DNA of 63,329 nucleotides, the filler included, from Reticulomyxa filosa (Eukaryota > Protista > Foraminifera), in the NCBI GenBank assembly GCA_000512085.1. It is 20 parts of 20 records of this genome, joined end to end, with 100 filler letters (N's around TTAATTAATTAA, not from the genome) between each part and the next. Parts side by side here need not be neighbours in the genome. Positions count along the whole stretch, not along the records: positions 47,735 to 49,983 come from ASPP01014004.1; positions 50,084 to 54,414 come from ASPP01026114.1; positions 54,515 to 56,600 come from ASPP01007281.1; positions 56,701 to 63,329 come from ASPP01018407.1; 16 more parts are not named here. One strand, 5' to 3'. The notes beneath the pieces were generated by a model. The model worked only from the letters and a program-made list of their open reading frames with translations. It searched no databases and was not told where the DNA came from. A program made the position numbers and the translations under genes. Numbering within the stretch: position 1 is the stretch's first letter; each line of letters opens with the position of its first letter. This document shows positions 47,796 through 61,020 of the stretch, piece by piece.

Positions 47796-49321
47796 ATGCT
47801 TGAACACGAAGTCGCGCAAAAGATAGCAGAAGGCATACTTGATCCCATAATTAGGTGTCACTTTGGCAATCACGGCAATGGGGAGCTGGAAAGACCCGTC
47901 TACCATCCTCCGCTGCAAAGTGCATTTGTGGCCACGAAGAGACAAGGCGATCGAGCAAACGATGACGAAAACACGAATCCGAGAAAGTGTTTGGACAACA
48001 CACACAAAGATATGGGCTCTATCCTCGTCAATGGTGATCAAGAGAGCGACAGAAAAGAGAGACATTGTGAGAAAAAAGATGACAATGAACAACTACGTCC
48101 GACGCTTTCAAACACGTCCGATCGAACACGTCATGCGTTTCAACCCGTGTTTTCCACCAAAAGCATCAGCTCGCAACGACACCATCTGCCATCCACTTCG
48201 ACGTGGTGCGAGCCTCGTGGCGGGTCACATGCAAAAGAGGACGAAAAGAAAGACTGCGTCGAAGAGGCCAACGCCATGGCCGACAAAGCGAATCTGACGA
48301 GGAAGACGCAGTGGCCTGTGAATGACAAGGCAGAGGCCCTGAGGACTGTTGATACATTGGAAATACAAAGCCAAGCCACGAAGAAAAGGAGACCACGAGC
48401 AGCCAAGACTCGTCCGATCAATGTCCTCAAAACAGAGGCAAAAAGCGAACGCGCAATCATTGCCACAATGATGATCACCACGCTTTGCCGGTCCTCGGTT
48501 GCAATTCAGACACCGATCCAATACGCAAACGAAGGAAACACAACTCGTTTCAAAACCCTTTTTCTCACAGCGATAGCGATTTGTCTCTCCCTGAGTTTGC
48601 TTTGTTCCAATCTTTTTTTTTGTTTTGTTTCAAACGTTCCAATAAAGGGGGGCATCTAACATTTTTTTAAAAAAATGATGACAACAGTCCCACATACAAT
48701 CCTCAAGCTGCTTGTGCCACTGAATCGAAGGTGCATCCAAATGCGACAGAGCATCTGCAAGTGCCGTGCCATTCACACATTTCAGGTAAAGATACCACCG
48801 ACAACGCACAACAACTGCAACAATTGGACAATGAAGAAAGTCGGTCGAGCAGCTCCAATCTGTCCAATGTGTTGAGAGATATTTTGGCCGAAAGTGTTGT
48901 CAATGGTGTGCAAAAAGCCATTGTCAGTGCTGGTGACGTGGATGATGGTTTGATAGCCGTTGGAAATAGTTATGACAATAATAACGATAGCATCAACAAC
49001 AACAACAATAACAATAACAATAACAACGAAAACGGGTCAACCCACCTCTTAATCCCGGAAACTCGATCTCTCCCAATCCATGACTTTTCATTCCAAATGA
49101 ACTCTCCCGTCCACGAGGACAACTCTCAAACGCGGTCCCGCATCCTGGTCCCTGAAACCCCAGACAGCGACAATGACGCTTCCATCTATCACCGGCCTCA
49201 CCGACGCGCTCTCCATACAAACAACCATACCGACCGTATGTCTATTTCTCAGCCATGGCAAAGACTCAAAGCCTTACAAGGTATCTACTATCAGTTATAT
49301 ACATATACATATACATATACA

Positions 49322-49352
<31 letters not shown>

Positions 49353-49535
49353 TTGTCGAAAGTAGAAAATGTGTGGGGTTTGAACAGAGGATATTGTGGT
49401 ACCCGACACATTGGTTGAAGACGACGTGTGGGGGGAATCCAATTGGTACAAGTGCTGTCCCAAAGTGGACACTCATTACGAGCGTTACCACCCAAAGTCC
49501 ACCGCGTTGTTTGCATCAAAGACAGAGACAAGAAG

Positions 49536-49581
<46 letters not shown>

Positions 49582-49983
49582 GAAAGAGAAGAAGAGGAAG
49601 CGGATAACAATACCAACGACTTTGGAGGAATCAATGTACCCGATTCTCCAATACTGTCTTATAGCAATCTGAATCGGAGCAAATTTGACTTTCAAAGCAA
49701 TGGTGTTCACAATACCACAAAGACATTCGCAAGCGCACACACGGTCAGCGAACCGCTGTTTCCAAGAAATAACCTGTTCAAACACGATTGCGACCAACGT
49801 CCACTGTCTCCTACGAGCACTGTCAGTCGCAGCGCGAGTGCTTTGGTCGTCGCGAAAGAAAAAAAAAACAATGAGGTCACGCATCAAAGCACCTCCGCAC
49901 TGCCACTACCGCTGCGTCCTTTGCCGATACTTGCAAATCAACAGCCAATCAAAACCCATCCCTCAAGGAGGAGGAGGAGGAGG
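47796..49983 (+). CDS. Large low-complexity/disordered protein, internal exons, with a probable frameshift near 48355
   Basis: Polar S/D/N/Q-rich frames with recurring IPET/VPETPDS/VPDT/VPDSP motifs. Introns near 48595-48690 and 49281-49386 (TA microsatellite). Confidence 0.6.
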
Positions 49984-50631
49984 NNNNNNNNNNNNNNNNN
50001 NNNNNNNNNNNNNNNNNNNNNNNNNNNTTAATTAATTAANNNNNNNNNNNNNNNNNNNNNNNNNNNNNNNNNNNNNNNNNNNNCTGCTGTTGTGTGTTTT
50101 ATTATATTGAGAATAAAGCGAATGAAACATGGAGTTATCTGTAAGATGCTTAGCTTTTTTTTCTCTCAGTGGTTTGTTACCCAAATTGTTTTTTGGTTGT
50201 GATTATGCTAACATTTGGTTTGGCTTTTTTTTAAAAAATAAAATTGAGAAAACATCTCACTTTCTAGTTTGAATGTTTTTTATTTTGTTTTTTTTTCACT
50301 TTTTTTATAACACATATCATCAAGTAAATATTTTTAAATTTCTTTTTTTCTGCAAGTTTTTCAAATGTTTTCTCTGGTTGAATTTTCATATTTCGATCAG
50401 CGCTTTAAAAAAATTCCTTAGAACGATATGCTAAAAAAAAACCCCAATATTTTTTTGATACGTGATTTTTTTTTTAAGATGTTAGTTAAAGTTTTAATAA
50501 AAAAAAAAAATCATACAAGACTATAATTTATTTAGTCACTCGGTTATGAATAAAGGTGGCACAAAAAAATAGGAAAAACGTAGTGGAAAAAAAAAAGGGG
50601 GATAGTTTGTGAAAAAAAAAAGGGTATTTGG

Positions 50632-51400
50632 TTAGAGTTCTTCAACAGGTGGAGCAGGCGAGACAGCACGGAAAGATTGGTAATGCAAAGGCGTTTGCAT
50701 TTCGTTTTGGTTTCTGTAGACGGGGTTTGTTGTCAGGAACTTTCCTTCGAATGTTACTAGCGTCACGTAACGTTTATGTATTTCCTTGTTGAAAAACGAT
50801 TCATAAGTGTTAGGTGCCTGTGACATAGTTATAAAAAGGTTCAAATCGCACTTTGCTGGATCAGTTCGTCCGACTTCATATTCACTTTCGAATATTTGAT
50901 TTTTATCGCGGTAGCAATCAAGTGCACACATCTGGAATTATTGAAGCTTTACCTTGCACATTTGCATTTGCATTTAGATCGATCTGATTATTATTATAAT
51001 CATTAATGAATTAGTTTGTTGATCTTCATCATTGCCATCGATGATAGTATCAAACTCATCAAAAGCTCGCAATAATTCATTTTTACGTGCATTGTAAATA
51101 TCATCAGTAATGGCAGTATTTTCATTCACATTTACCATTGTCATTGTCATGTCCTTGTATGATGATATCATGGATCCACTTCCATCGACTTCAATTCCTC
51201 GTTCTCCATTTTCATCTCTTCGTTCTCCTTGGCTAGGTTCTTTATCACATCCGTCACTTGGTTCCTTTGGTCCAATGCCTCCTCCAAACGCTTCAGGCTG
51301 CGCTCCGTTATCAAGTCCGTCGATGTTTTCTTCCACTCGCCTGTCAATGATGACACTACTTTGATAATAAATCTATACTATCTTTACTCACCGAACCTCG
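50632..51400 (-). pseudogene. Coiled-coil protein gene broken by several frameshifts (pseudogene or poor sequence)
   Basis: Plausible coding switches frame at ~51182 (LKRLEEALDQRNQV...ELKSM to GSGSMISS), ~51008 (to INDYNNNQIDLNANANVQG) and ~50949 (to SFNNSRCVHLIATAIKIKY). Confidence 0.5.
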
Positions 51401-54400
51401 ACGTCGCGTTCCTTGGCCTGACATTGCAATTTTGCCCGAATCATAGGACATTCGACGATGTTGCTTCGGTACATTATCTTTTATCTCGTCCATGTATATT
51501 ATTCTTATTTTTTTGATATCTTTTTTTCCCCTTTGCTGTCTCCTTTTTTTTTGTAAAAGTGAGAAATATAATTTTTTTTTTTAATTTAATTGCATGAGTA
51601 TTTCACATTATGTACAATTTTGTCTATTTTAAAAATTATGTTGTATGCATTTTTGATATCTTTATTTTCAAACAAAGAAGATTTTACAAAAAATTCTTCG
51701 ATAACAAACTGGCACTACTTGAAGAACAAACTGGCTTCTTTTAAAAAAGCTGAATCAGCTTTGAAAAAAAAACTGGCATCTACCAACAAATTCCACTGAC
51801 ACACAAGAAAACAAAACAAGACTAAGACACACACAGAAAAACAGTCGAACACATTTTGCACCATTCCACTGTCTTATTCTCTTTCTGTACCATTATCTGC
51901 GTCCATATTTACGCCTCGTTCTGTTTATGTCAGCAACTGTCTTACATTGGAAAAGAAATAAGATTTATTTACTTCTCCAGCCTATTTTGTTTTGTATTAA
52001 TCAGATGTGAGATATTATCTTATATCAGCATAGAAGATAGAGGGAGAAATGAAGTACTTAACATCAGATCACAACACTTTGAAACAAACGAAGATTGACG
52101 TTGCCAGCAATTGATGTAAAAGCACTGTTTATTATTTACATTTGATATAAATAATTGAACATTGCTTTTTTTCACTTTGCATTGTTGAACCTGCTAAAGA
52201 TGCCGAACATAAAATACTTTCATTTTGTGATAATTTGTAGCTTTTTTTGATCATAGCAAAATATCACAAACTTTATGCGATTGCAAAAATAGTACTATCC
52301 GTCCGTAATCTTTTGCTGCAGGTGCAGAAACTACCAACTGTTTCTATTTCATTAACACTATAACGTTTCTTGAACTTGGTGAAACCCCGTTTCTGTTTTG
52401 ACATCAACATTCTAATCAATGTTTTACTACGAATATTGCCAAACGTATTCTGCCTTTCAACTGTTGATTTGTTTCATTTCAGTTGTTGGCTCATTTCACG
52501 CTATTGGATGACACTGGCTCTTGCAAGATAGACAGTTTCCCCAACAGATTGTCATTCGATTTCACTGATAAGGGATCACTTGTCAATGCAAGACAGCAAC
52601 ATTTGCTTCAGCACATCTGGACGTCTTCTTCTCAATACCAACCACTTATGGAACTATCGTATTCTAATTGTTGTAAAAACAACAAACAACAAATCCATTC
52701 AAAATATCCAGAAAGAAAGATGCGAATGGACAATATTTTTACTAACTTCAATTTTTTTTGCAAAAGCATCCAAATCGGTGAAAACCTCTTACTTGACGAA
52801 CAGCATCCTCCAATTTGAGCCAACGCGAAGACCATACCAACAGTATTTTGGTAATGTTTTAATATCTTTTATCTGTCGATATCGAGAAGGGGAGTAAGTG
52901 GGAAGTGTGGATAACCAAAGAAATGATCACAAATACATGTACAGTACACGATGGTCGAAAGTGGTGCATACCAATCTGTCGTGAGATTGAAGGCAAATCA
53001 CATATTGCAATTCGCGCTTCGTATCAATAATATTAACATATCATTGGTGAATACGAATATTAACGTCGTTTATAAATTGCATTGTATTGATATATTCGTC
53101 CACATAATCTACTTTATCAATGCACTTTATATTAACAATTATCACTTATTCTATTTATCGACGCCATTCATATATCACCAATAATATTAGTCGATATTTT
53201 TCCTGTTCGCTTTTTCTTTTTCCCCTTTGTTTAAGTTAATCTTTTTCTTATGCTCACTTTTCTATCTTTCTCTTGCCTTCAATACAAACACATGAAGTAA
53301 ATCATTCTACAGAGAAAATGTACATGCTAACATTATGTTGATAAGACATTGTTACAACAATTGAAAATATGATATAAATAATAATATACCTTGAAATAGA
53401 GCAAGTCGCCTTTGTGGTATGGTTATACATTAAGACGGCGATATTAATAAATTGGAAGCCGTTTCACAAATGGACTGGTCATGACCGATATTTGATTGAT
53501 CTTCAACTGCGATTTGAAGAGAATGCAATGGAATACACTATTATCGGAGATGAGGCAATGTTGATAATAGACTGTGTCAATATCATCCGCAGGAAAGTGG
53601 TTCAATGCTTCCAATTCGCTCAAACATGGTCAGCAACGAATACGTACGATATATCGGACTGTGTTATGATTAAATTATTAATCTCTAACCTCTTCAATAT
53701 GATATATTTCTTATGTCAATATATATATATATATACATATATATGTACAGAAATAACACATTATTGGAGATTATTGAAAAAAAAAAAAGAAAGGTAATTA
53801 TTTACTTCAACTTGTTTGCCTTTCCATTACGCCAATGTTGCTTCTGATAACGGTATCGAAAACGTAGGACTTGTTGATGCATGTTTCGATGTGGTATCTT
53901 GAAGACAACGTTTAATTCTTGTGCATGCAAATATCGATCATATAGAGAGCTTCTTCTAGTTCAAAATGCCTTCTTTTTTCAATAACAACTACTCAGGTAC
54001 ATTTTTATCAATGGAACTGGGTGTTAAGACTATTGTTACTTGATGTATGTTTTGTTTTTTTGTTTTAGGATACTTCACTATCAGGAATAACTTGTATGTT
54101 GATCAGCGAGTTCTTGATGCTGCCAGAAGCGCATTATTGGTAATTTAAAATGCGAATAGATGATATTCATGTTGACCATAGAATCATCATTCAAGCGATG
54201 GATAAATGCACTAATATGTTCAATGCTCTACTGCCAACAAATAAACCGGAGAAATGATACAGCAACTAAGCAATGGAAATGCCAATGTTTGTTTTATTGT
54301 GCCGCCGAGTCTAGCGCAATGCTTGCTCCTTGGATATCATCCACTTTATATCTTCATCAAATCTTTCGGCTTGCATTTGGATGGTCGAGTCCAATGACAA

Positions 54401-54514
54401 TTCTATAATATTATNNNNNNNNNNNNNNNNNNNNNNNNNNNNNNNNNNNNNNNNNNNNTTAATTAATTAANNNNNNNNNNNNNNNNNNNNNNNNNNNNNN
54501 NNNNNNNNNNNNNN

Positions 54515-54550
<36 letters not shown>

Positions 54551-54618
54551 AAATTATTCAGATTTGTGACCATTGATTGATTGGTTTGATCGCTATGTTG
54601 GATTTGCCTACTTCAAAG

Positions 54619-55768
54619 GTAAAGCGTCAGAAAACGAAAGCCAGTTCATTCATTTGACACTACCGACGCCTTGCTTGTATGGAAAGCATAAACGCAAGTC
54701 GGACGATGTCAAAAAGATTGTGTTGATTGGCAAAGGCGTGACGTTTGACAGCGGTGGATACAATTTGAAAACGGGGGCGGGCAGCAGCATTGAACGTATG
54801 AAATACGACATGGCCGGGGCTGCTGCTGTCTTGGGCACCTTTGCTTCATTGAAACGAATCTTTAATTACGTGGGTCAGTCAAACAATTCAAGAAAGAGAG
54901 AATATAAAGAGGGAGGTATTTTTTTTTTCTTCAAAAACTTAATATATGATCTCAATCCTTGTGTGACCATGCATGAACATGTACGCTCCAATACTCTTCT
55001 CCTTTTCACTTAGATTCCACTTCGTGCGCAATCACAAAAGGAAGTGAAGACGCACCTGCTTACGAAATTCACGGCTGCATTGCCGCTTGTGAAAATCTCA
55101 TCTCTGGAAACTCACAAGTAAATAGACCTGGAGATATCATTGTTGCCGCCGATGGAACTACAATCGAAGTCAACAATACGGATGCTGAAGGAAGACTTAC
55201 TCTAGCAGGTCTTCTTTCTTTTTGTTGTTGTGTTATATTGTATTATACACGTGTTATGTGAAATGTCCAATCAGATGCGATATGGTATGCCAAAAATATA
55301 ATTGGTGCGGATGTCATTGTGGATGTGGCCACTTTGACCGGTGCCATAAAAATAGCCTTGGGACCTCAGATTGCAGGACTATTTAGCACTAGTGATGCTT
55401 TGGCCAACACTTTGTTACAGTGCTCTCAGCAATCGGGCGAACCTTTGTGGAGACAGCCTTTGTACACTGTTTACAAAGATATGCTCAAATCTGATATTGC
55501 TGATCTCAAAAATTCATCGACCACAGGCTTTGCTGGCTCAATTACTGCAGGCTTGTTTTTGCAGAGATTTGTTGAAAATAAATGCACTTTGGACCCATTT
55601 AAAAAAAAAGAAAACCCACAATGGGCACACATTGATCTCGCTGGACCAGTTTGGAGTGACAACAAAAGGACAGAACTAAGTGCAGGAGGGGCAACAGGAT
55701 ATGGTGTGAGACTTTTGACCAAATATGTTTTGTCGCAATGTGTAACTTGTAATTCTTTGCTGTCTTAA
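54619..55768 (+). CDS. M17 leucyl aminopeptidase, C-terminal catalytic domain, 3 exons
   Basis: Exons 54619-54873, 55014-55208 and 55275-55768. [69 protein letters not shown] and [10 protein letters not shown]. Confidence 0.96.
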
Positions 55769-56453
55769 ACAAACTGTTAAAGCTTTGCGTAAAAAGATAT
55801 ATGAAATGAATTTTTTTTAAAGCAAACATTTAAACCAATTTTTTTAAAAAATACGTACGAACATTGTAATTTTTAAATATGAAATTGGTTTTATGATAAC
55901 TTTCTTTTGGGATGGATAAAAATATCATTTCATATTTTTTTGCATTAATGCGTATAAATTATATTTATAGCGTAATGAAATTTTTAAAATTTTTATTTCT
56001 TTTTTGGAAATCTTCGAGTCACATACATACTTTTTTAAAAATTAGGTTCAAATGTTTATTTTTCATGTAGAAAATCGATAATCTTAATAATGTCGCATTT
56101 TAAGCTTTCAATTTTTACTGTAACATACTTAACGTTACATACAACACGAAGCGTAATATGCCAACTTGTGAAAAATAACATTAAAATATCAGTCAACGTT
56201 AGCGTGAAACTCAGTTTATGTCATAAAAAGTAAAAAAAAAACACAGAAATGAAATTAAAAATATTTACAAGTTTATTTTTTCTTCGAATGCAAAACTTTT
56301 CAATAATTAAACATCGACTCCATTCGAAAAAATCATGCGAACATTTGAAGGGATCCAGCATGTACCAAACAACTGAGAAAAGACATAATTTGGAAAATTA
56401 TAATAAATGAATATGTATTATATAAAGATAAAAATAAAAATAAAAAGAACATA

Positions 56454-56600
56454 CAGTAGATTGCAAAAAAAACGGCCATACCTAAATGGCACTATATGAA
56501 GAGAATCGATTTTCTCCATGAAAAATAAAGATTTAAAACTAATTTTTTTAAAAAATATCTACTAATCTTGTAGTTTTTAAATATTAAAATTTTTTTTTTT
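56454..56600 (+). mobile_element. Terminus of the CAGTAG-type MITE family (cut by contig end)
   Basis: TA|CAGTAGATTGCAAAAAAAACGGCCATACCTAAATGGCAC...ATCGATTTTCTCCATGAAAAA shares the terminus of the 17949 element. Confidence 0.7.
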
Positions 56601-56748
56601 NNNNNNNNNNNNNNNNNNNNNNNNNNNNNNNNNNNNNNNNNNNNTTAATTAATTAANNNNNNNNNNNNNNNNNNNNNNNNNNNNNNNNNNNNNNNNNNNN
56701 AAAAAAAAAAAAAAATAAAAAAAAAAAAAAAAAAAAAAATGAAAGAAA

Positions 56749-57086
56749 TTGTCAAATTATTTGACAGTCGGCTTTGCAGTGAACCGACTCGTGGTTCACA
56801 TATTATCAGACAACCACATCGACTTGGTTCGCAAATTGCACGGACATCCAAGCGCGGATGACAAATCCGGCGGCGGTGGCGAGGAGCACAAGCAGCAGGA
56901 GGCAAAAGAAGAGTCGAATGCATCGACGGGCCCAAATAATGAATTGAATGAGTTAAACGAACTGAGTACGCTGAACACATTGAATGAGTTGGATGAGATG
57001 AACGAGATGAACGAAACGAGCGAAGCGAATGATCCAAATGAGTCGAATGAGCCAAATGAGCCGTCTGTTTCTCGAGAAGGCAAGTC

Positions 57087-57131
<45 letters not shown>

Positions 57132-57791
57132 TGCATCTCCATCCCTATCGTCTGTCTTGCCAAACACAGTACCTTCCATTTCAAACACAGCCTCGACAAC
57201 AGCCATTGCAAATGCTACATCAAACACTACTACGAGGGGGGTATCCTTTTCGGCCGTGGATCTGAAAGAGAGTCCGATCAAACTGCTGAAAGGCAGATCG
57301 GTGGCCAATGCGTTGGACGACTTGAAGTTCTTAGCGTCGGAAGATATCAAGTTTTTGTCAGACTGTCGCCTTCGTCCGAGCAAACTGATTCACACAATAG
57401 GAATTGGAGAGAAGTTCATATATGGACACGAGAGACTGTGGCAGCCCACGTTGAAGCAGCAGAGCTTCATCAAGCCCATCGTCATGGCCGTGTTCAGCGA
57501 CTTTAGCTTCGGCATGATCCACTTGGACATTGGCGAATCCATTTGGCAAACCAACATCGGCCGACGCGCCGAGCACTTTTTCAGCGTACAAATGCGTGAC
57601 ATCGACATTTTGGCGGACTCCAATTTGAAGGAAGTTTTGCAAACAGAGATTAAGTCTACATTTGGTGCTACCGTCCAAGAATTCCGCAACTCCACATCCA
57701 CATCCACATCCACGCTTCCTCAACAAAGCTCTACTTCTTCGACAGCGACGGTGACAGTGGCTCCAAATTTATCTGACTCCAACAACAAAAC

Positions 57792-57851
<60 letters not shown>

Positions 57852-60088
57852 ACCCACTCCATCTTTACGTACCTCCGACAAAATCAACATGCCAACGTAT
57901 ACAACCGCAGATACTCCGTTTATGACGCTAGTGGTATCGAGTCGTCATTTCAAGCCGCACACATTTCAAAGCAGCTTTGTGTTTGGCGTGGCGACGCCGT
58001 TTGCCGGGTTTCACGGCGACACGATGGCGGTGTTGAACTTCCAATGGACGCAGCGGTTGCCGGCGCCTCGATATGTGTTGGGAATGATGACGGACATGCA
58101 CGTGAAGCCGCTGTCGATCTATCTGGACCCGCTGCTGGTGTTCCACATTGCGCAGTGCTTCGTCGGCAATGGGGTGCTTAAGGCCTACGAAATGCAAGCG
58201 GCGTATGTGACGTACAACGTCGAGAAGCAGCGTTTCGCTACGCGTTATCAGTTCGACGCCATCAAAGTGACTATCCCCCTCACGGACGACTCCAAAGTCA
58301 CTACAGAGATCCACGGACTACGTATGAGCTCGCATGATCGTCTGGACGAGTCCATTCATTTGCGAGGGCTCGTCGATCTGTCCAACATTTCGGCCTTTGG
58401 GCAACATAGTTTGAAGGAAATGGGATTGGGTGAAAGGTTGATTGAAAAGATGTGCAAGGAGAGGGATATGCAAAACAGAGCCAAAATAAATAAAACTATG
58501 TCGACAACATCAACACCATTGACGACGACGACGACAACGACGACAACAGGTTTTTTATCGAGTGATGATCCCACTCTAAACTCCAACTCCCTTGCCATGT
58601 CCGCACTGTTGCGATCTTCCGAAGAGTACCCTTGGGAAGTGCACGTGTCGCACTTGCAGTTTGCGTCGCAGCTGACGCTGGAAGGACGTTCGTACGACAA
58701 CGAGTTCAACATTGGCAACTTTCGAATGCGTGTAGCTACAATGCGCAATGACCAGGTAAAACCTCTCCCTCCACATCATGACTTTACTCCTTTTGTCGAA
58801 ACGCAGCTCTCGTTTCGCATCGAATCTTTGGATTACAACCTCGATTTATCCGTCGTCGACGCATTGATCCGGTTCTTTCGACAGGGCGAAATGGAGGATG
58901 CTTTGCAGTTCCCTTTACCTGCTCTCTATCGTCGCTTCAAGGCCGAACTGCAGAAACGACAGAGCGAGTCCACGCAGTGGGCGCAGGTGCAAGAGTACGT
59001 ACACCACCTTTTGCAGGCGCAGTTCCAATCCAAACACAACAAAACAGAGCCCGCTGCCGGCGACAAAGGCAAACCGGAAACGGAGGCTGACAAAGCCTTT
59101 AAACAGATGGATTCCACCAATCCGGATATTCGCAAAATCTCACTCTCTTTCTCCGATGACGACCTGAGACCCGATGTCATTCTGTTGGAGTCCGATATCG
59201 AGTCGCAGCTTATCATACCCAGTCACAACGATGTCGAACTCAGAGTCACTGTTTACTCGCATCTGGACAGGGGTAATTTCAAACTCACTCGAAATGGAAA
59301 CGCACTCCTTGATGGCAAATGCATTGGACTGCAAGGGCTCTTGCAATATTGCATCAAAAAGGCTGTCAATTTCCAGCTTCATCTGTTCGCAAAGCAGTTT
59401 GATCTAGACACTTCGCCATTTGGAAAATGGCATGAAAAGGATATTGTCACTCGTCTTTTTAGAGTTTCTCTTTTTTTATTTTTTATTTTTTAGAGCCACT
59501 TCTTTTTTTTAAAAATATTATTGAGCCACTCTTTTTTTTTTTCCTCTCTCTCCTCTTCCTCTTTATAGGATTGTTCTGGCCATCTGTGGTCCGAACGAAT
59601 TCATAGTCAACCTGACAAAGAATTAGAACTATCATATCCACAATCCTATTCCCAAATTGTTGGTTGGTATACGTTTTATATTACACTTTTGTTTGGTTTT
59701 TTTTTTGGTTATTCCAAAATATTACCTATTCGCTTTTGTGGAAATGTTTGAAGAAAGTGCACTGCGTGCTGAGAAGAGTTTAGAAACTCCAAATGGTGAA
59801 ATTCAGTCCTATGAAGAGTCCATCAGAGAGCTTATTGCTGAAAACAAAGCGATGCAAGCAAAGGTATTGCAGTTGTCTTCCGATCTGGCTTTATCCGCAA
59901 GTGATTTGAAGCAGTTCATTTCCCACTCGATTAGAGAAAAAATTCATTTTGTCGAAGAACAACAGCACTTGGTTCAACAAAATGTTGATTTACGAAAAAA
60001 ATTGGCTGACTATCAAAACCGAAATAATACATCCAATAATCTTCCTCCACTTGGTCTCGCACGTAGACCCGCTGCAGACAATAAGTAA
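56749..60088 (+). CDS. Large protein (>1000 aa) with poly-Asn inserts, beta-rich repeats and a C-terminal coiled coil; possibly a bridge-like lipid transfer protein (VPS13/BLTP3-like)
   Basis: 914-codon exon plus short 3' exons (~59570-59667, ~59755-60088). Motifs VKPLSIYLDPLLVFHIAQCF and IESLDYNLDLSVVDALIRFF; terminal heptads ENKAMQAKVLQL and QNVDLRKKLADY. The CDS is secure; the family call is tentative. Confidence 0.7.
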
Positions 60089-60404
60089 CATGCTCATGCA
60101 TAATGTGAAGGATTTCGTCTTAGTGCTATTTGATAGCTACAAATACCTTCGTTCTTTTCTTGACACTCTTTTTTTTTTGTGCTCAAAAAATAGCAACGGG
60201 TGTCAATCAATAAACTAACTGGCTAATTTCAATGTAATGATCTCAAATCAATATTTTCATCTAACTGTAGTACAGCTTCCGTAGAACAATTTTATAAGGT
60301 CTTACAAGAGATCAACAATACGCAAAGTTTTCAATAAATTGATATCGCATACCAACAATTGGAACACTTCCTAGTCTTTGTATTTTGGACAATGATTTTA
60401 TCAA

Positions 60405-60830
60405 AACATATTGACAAAAAAACTCACATCCTAAATGCTGCCTTATGAAGATGATCGATTTTGTCCATGAAAACAAACATTTAAACTATTCTTTAAAACT
60501 TCCCCAAACCTTGCAGTTTTAAAATACAAATTTGGTTTTATAATAACTTTTTTTATGATGGGCAAAAACATCAATCTTTCACATTGTTTTCGAAAATTGT
60601 GCAGGAACATATAAGTCAAGCATACATTGTTACAATAAAACTTTTAAATCTTATTGTTTCTTTTTTAGGACCTTCAACAACACAGATACTTTTAAAAAAG
60701 TTATTATTGTATCTTTCGTAGTTTTTGGAAAAATCAACTCTAACTTTTTGAATTTTTTTTTGTGAAATTTAAACAGTAATCTTCATCATATAAATAATAG
60801 TCACACTGTTCAACATGTTATCTTTTAATA
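60405..60830 (+). repeat. Degenerate copy of the MITE/TIR family; internal part also present at ~55815-56140
   Basis: CATCCTAAATGCTGCCTTATGAAGATGATCGATTTTGTCCATGAAAAC, then AATTTGGTTTTATAATAACTTT...GATGG.CAAAAACATCA, matching 55870-55930. Confidence 0.6.
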
Positions 60831-60834
60831 TTTC

Positions 60835-61020
60835 TTTTTTTTTTTAGCAAGGATGAGATCTTATCCAAGTTAAAATGAGCACTTCGTCCCAAAAGGAACA
60901 CAGTACTATAATGAAAACAAAAAAAGGAAAAGATCAACAAAACATATCAAAAATCACACAAAATCAACAAGTGAAAAAAGAATTTTAAGTTTTAATTTAA
61001 TCTTTAAAATATCAAAAAAA
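60835..61020 (-). repeat. Second copy of the poly(A)-tailed retroelement 3' end
   Basis: T11-AGCAAGGATGAGATCTTATCCAAGTTAAAATGAGCAC is the reverse complement of the 11985-12141 repeat, with a short internal insertion. Confidence 0.7.

Noticed and set aside
13218-55768. Alternative genetic code (stop-codon reassignment)
   Set aside because: Conserved exons of GDH, MMUT, Rab21, GCP4 and the aminopeptidase have no in-frame stops, and genes end at TAA or TAG where homologues end. The breaks seen are introns or 1-nt indels.
57088-57850. (AAT)n, (CAA)n and (TA)n arrays as special elements
   Set aside because: These are ordinary microsatellites encoding poly-Asn/Gln or lying in introns, and are common in AT-rich protist genomes.
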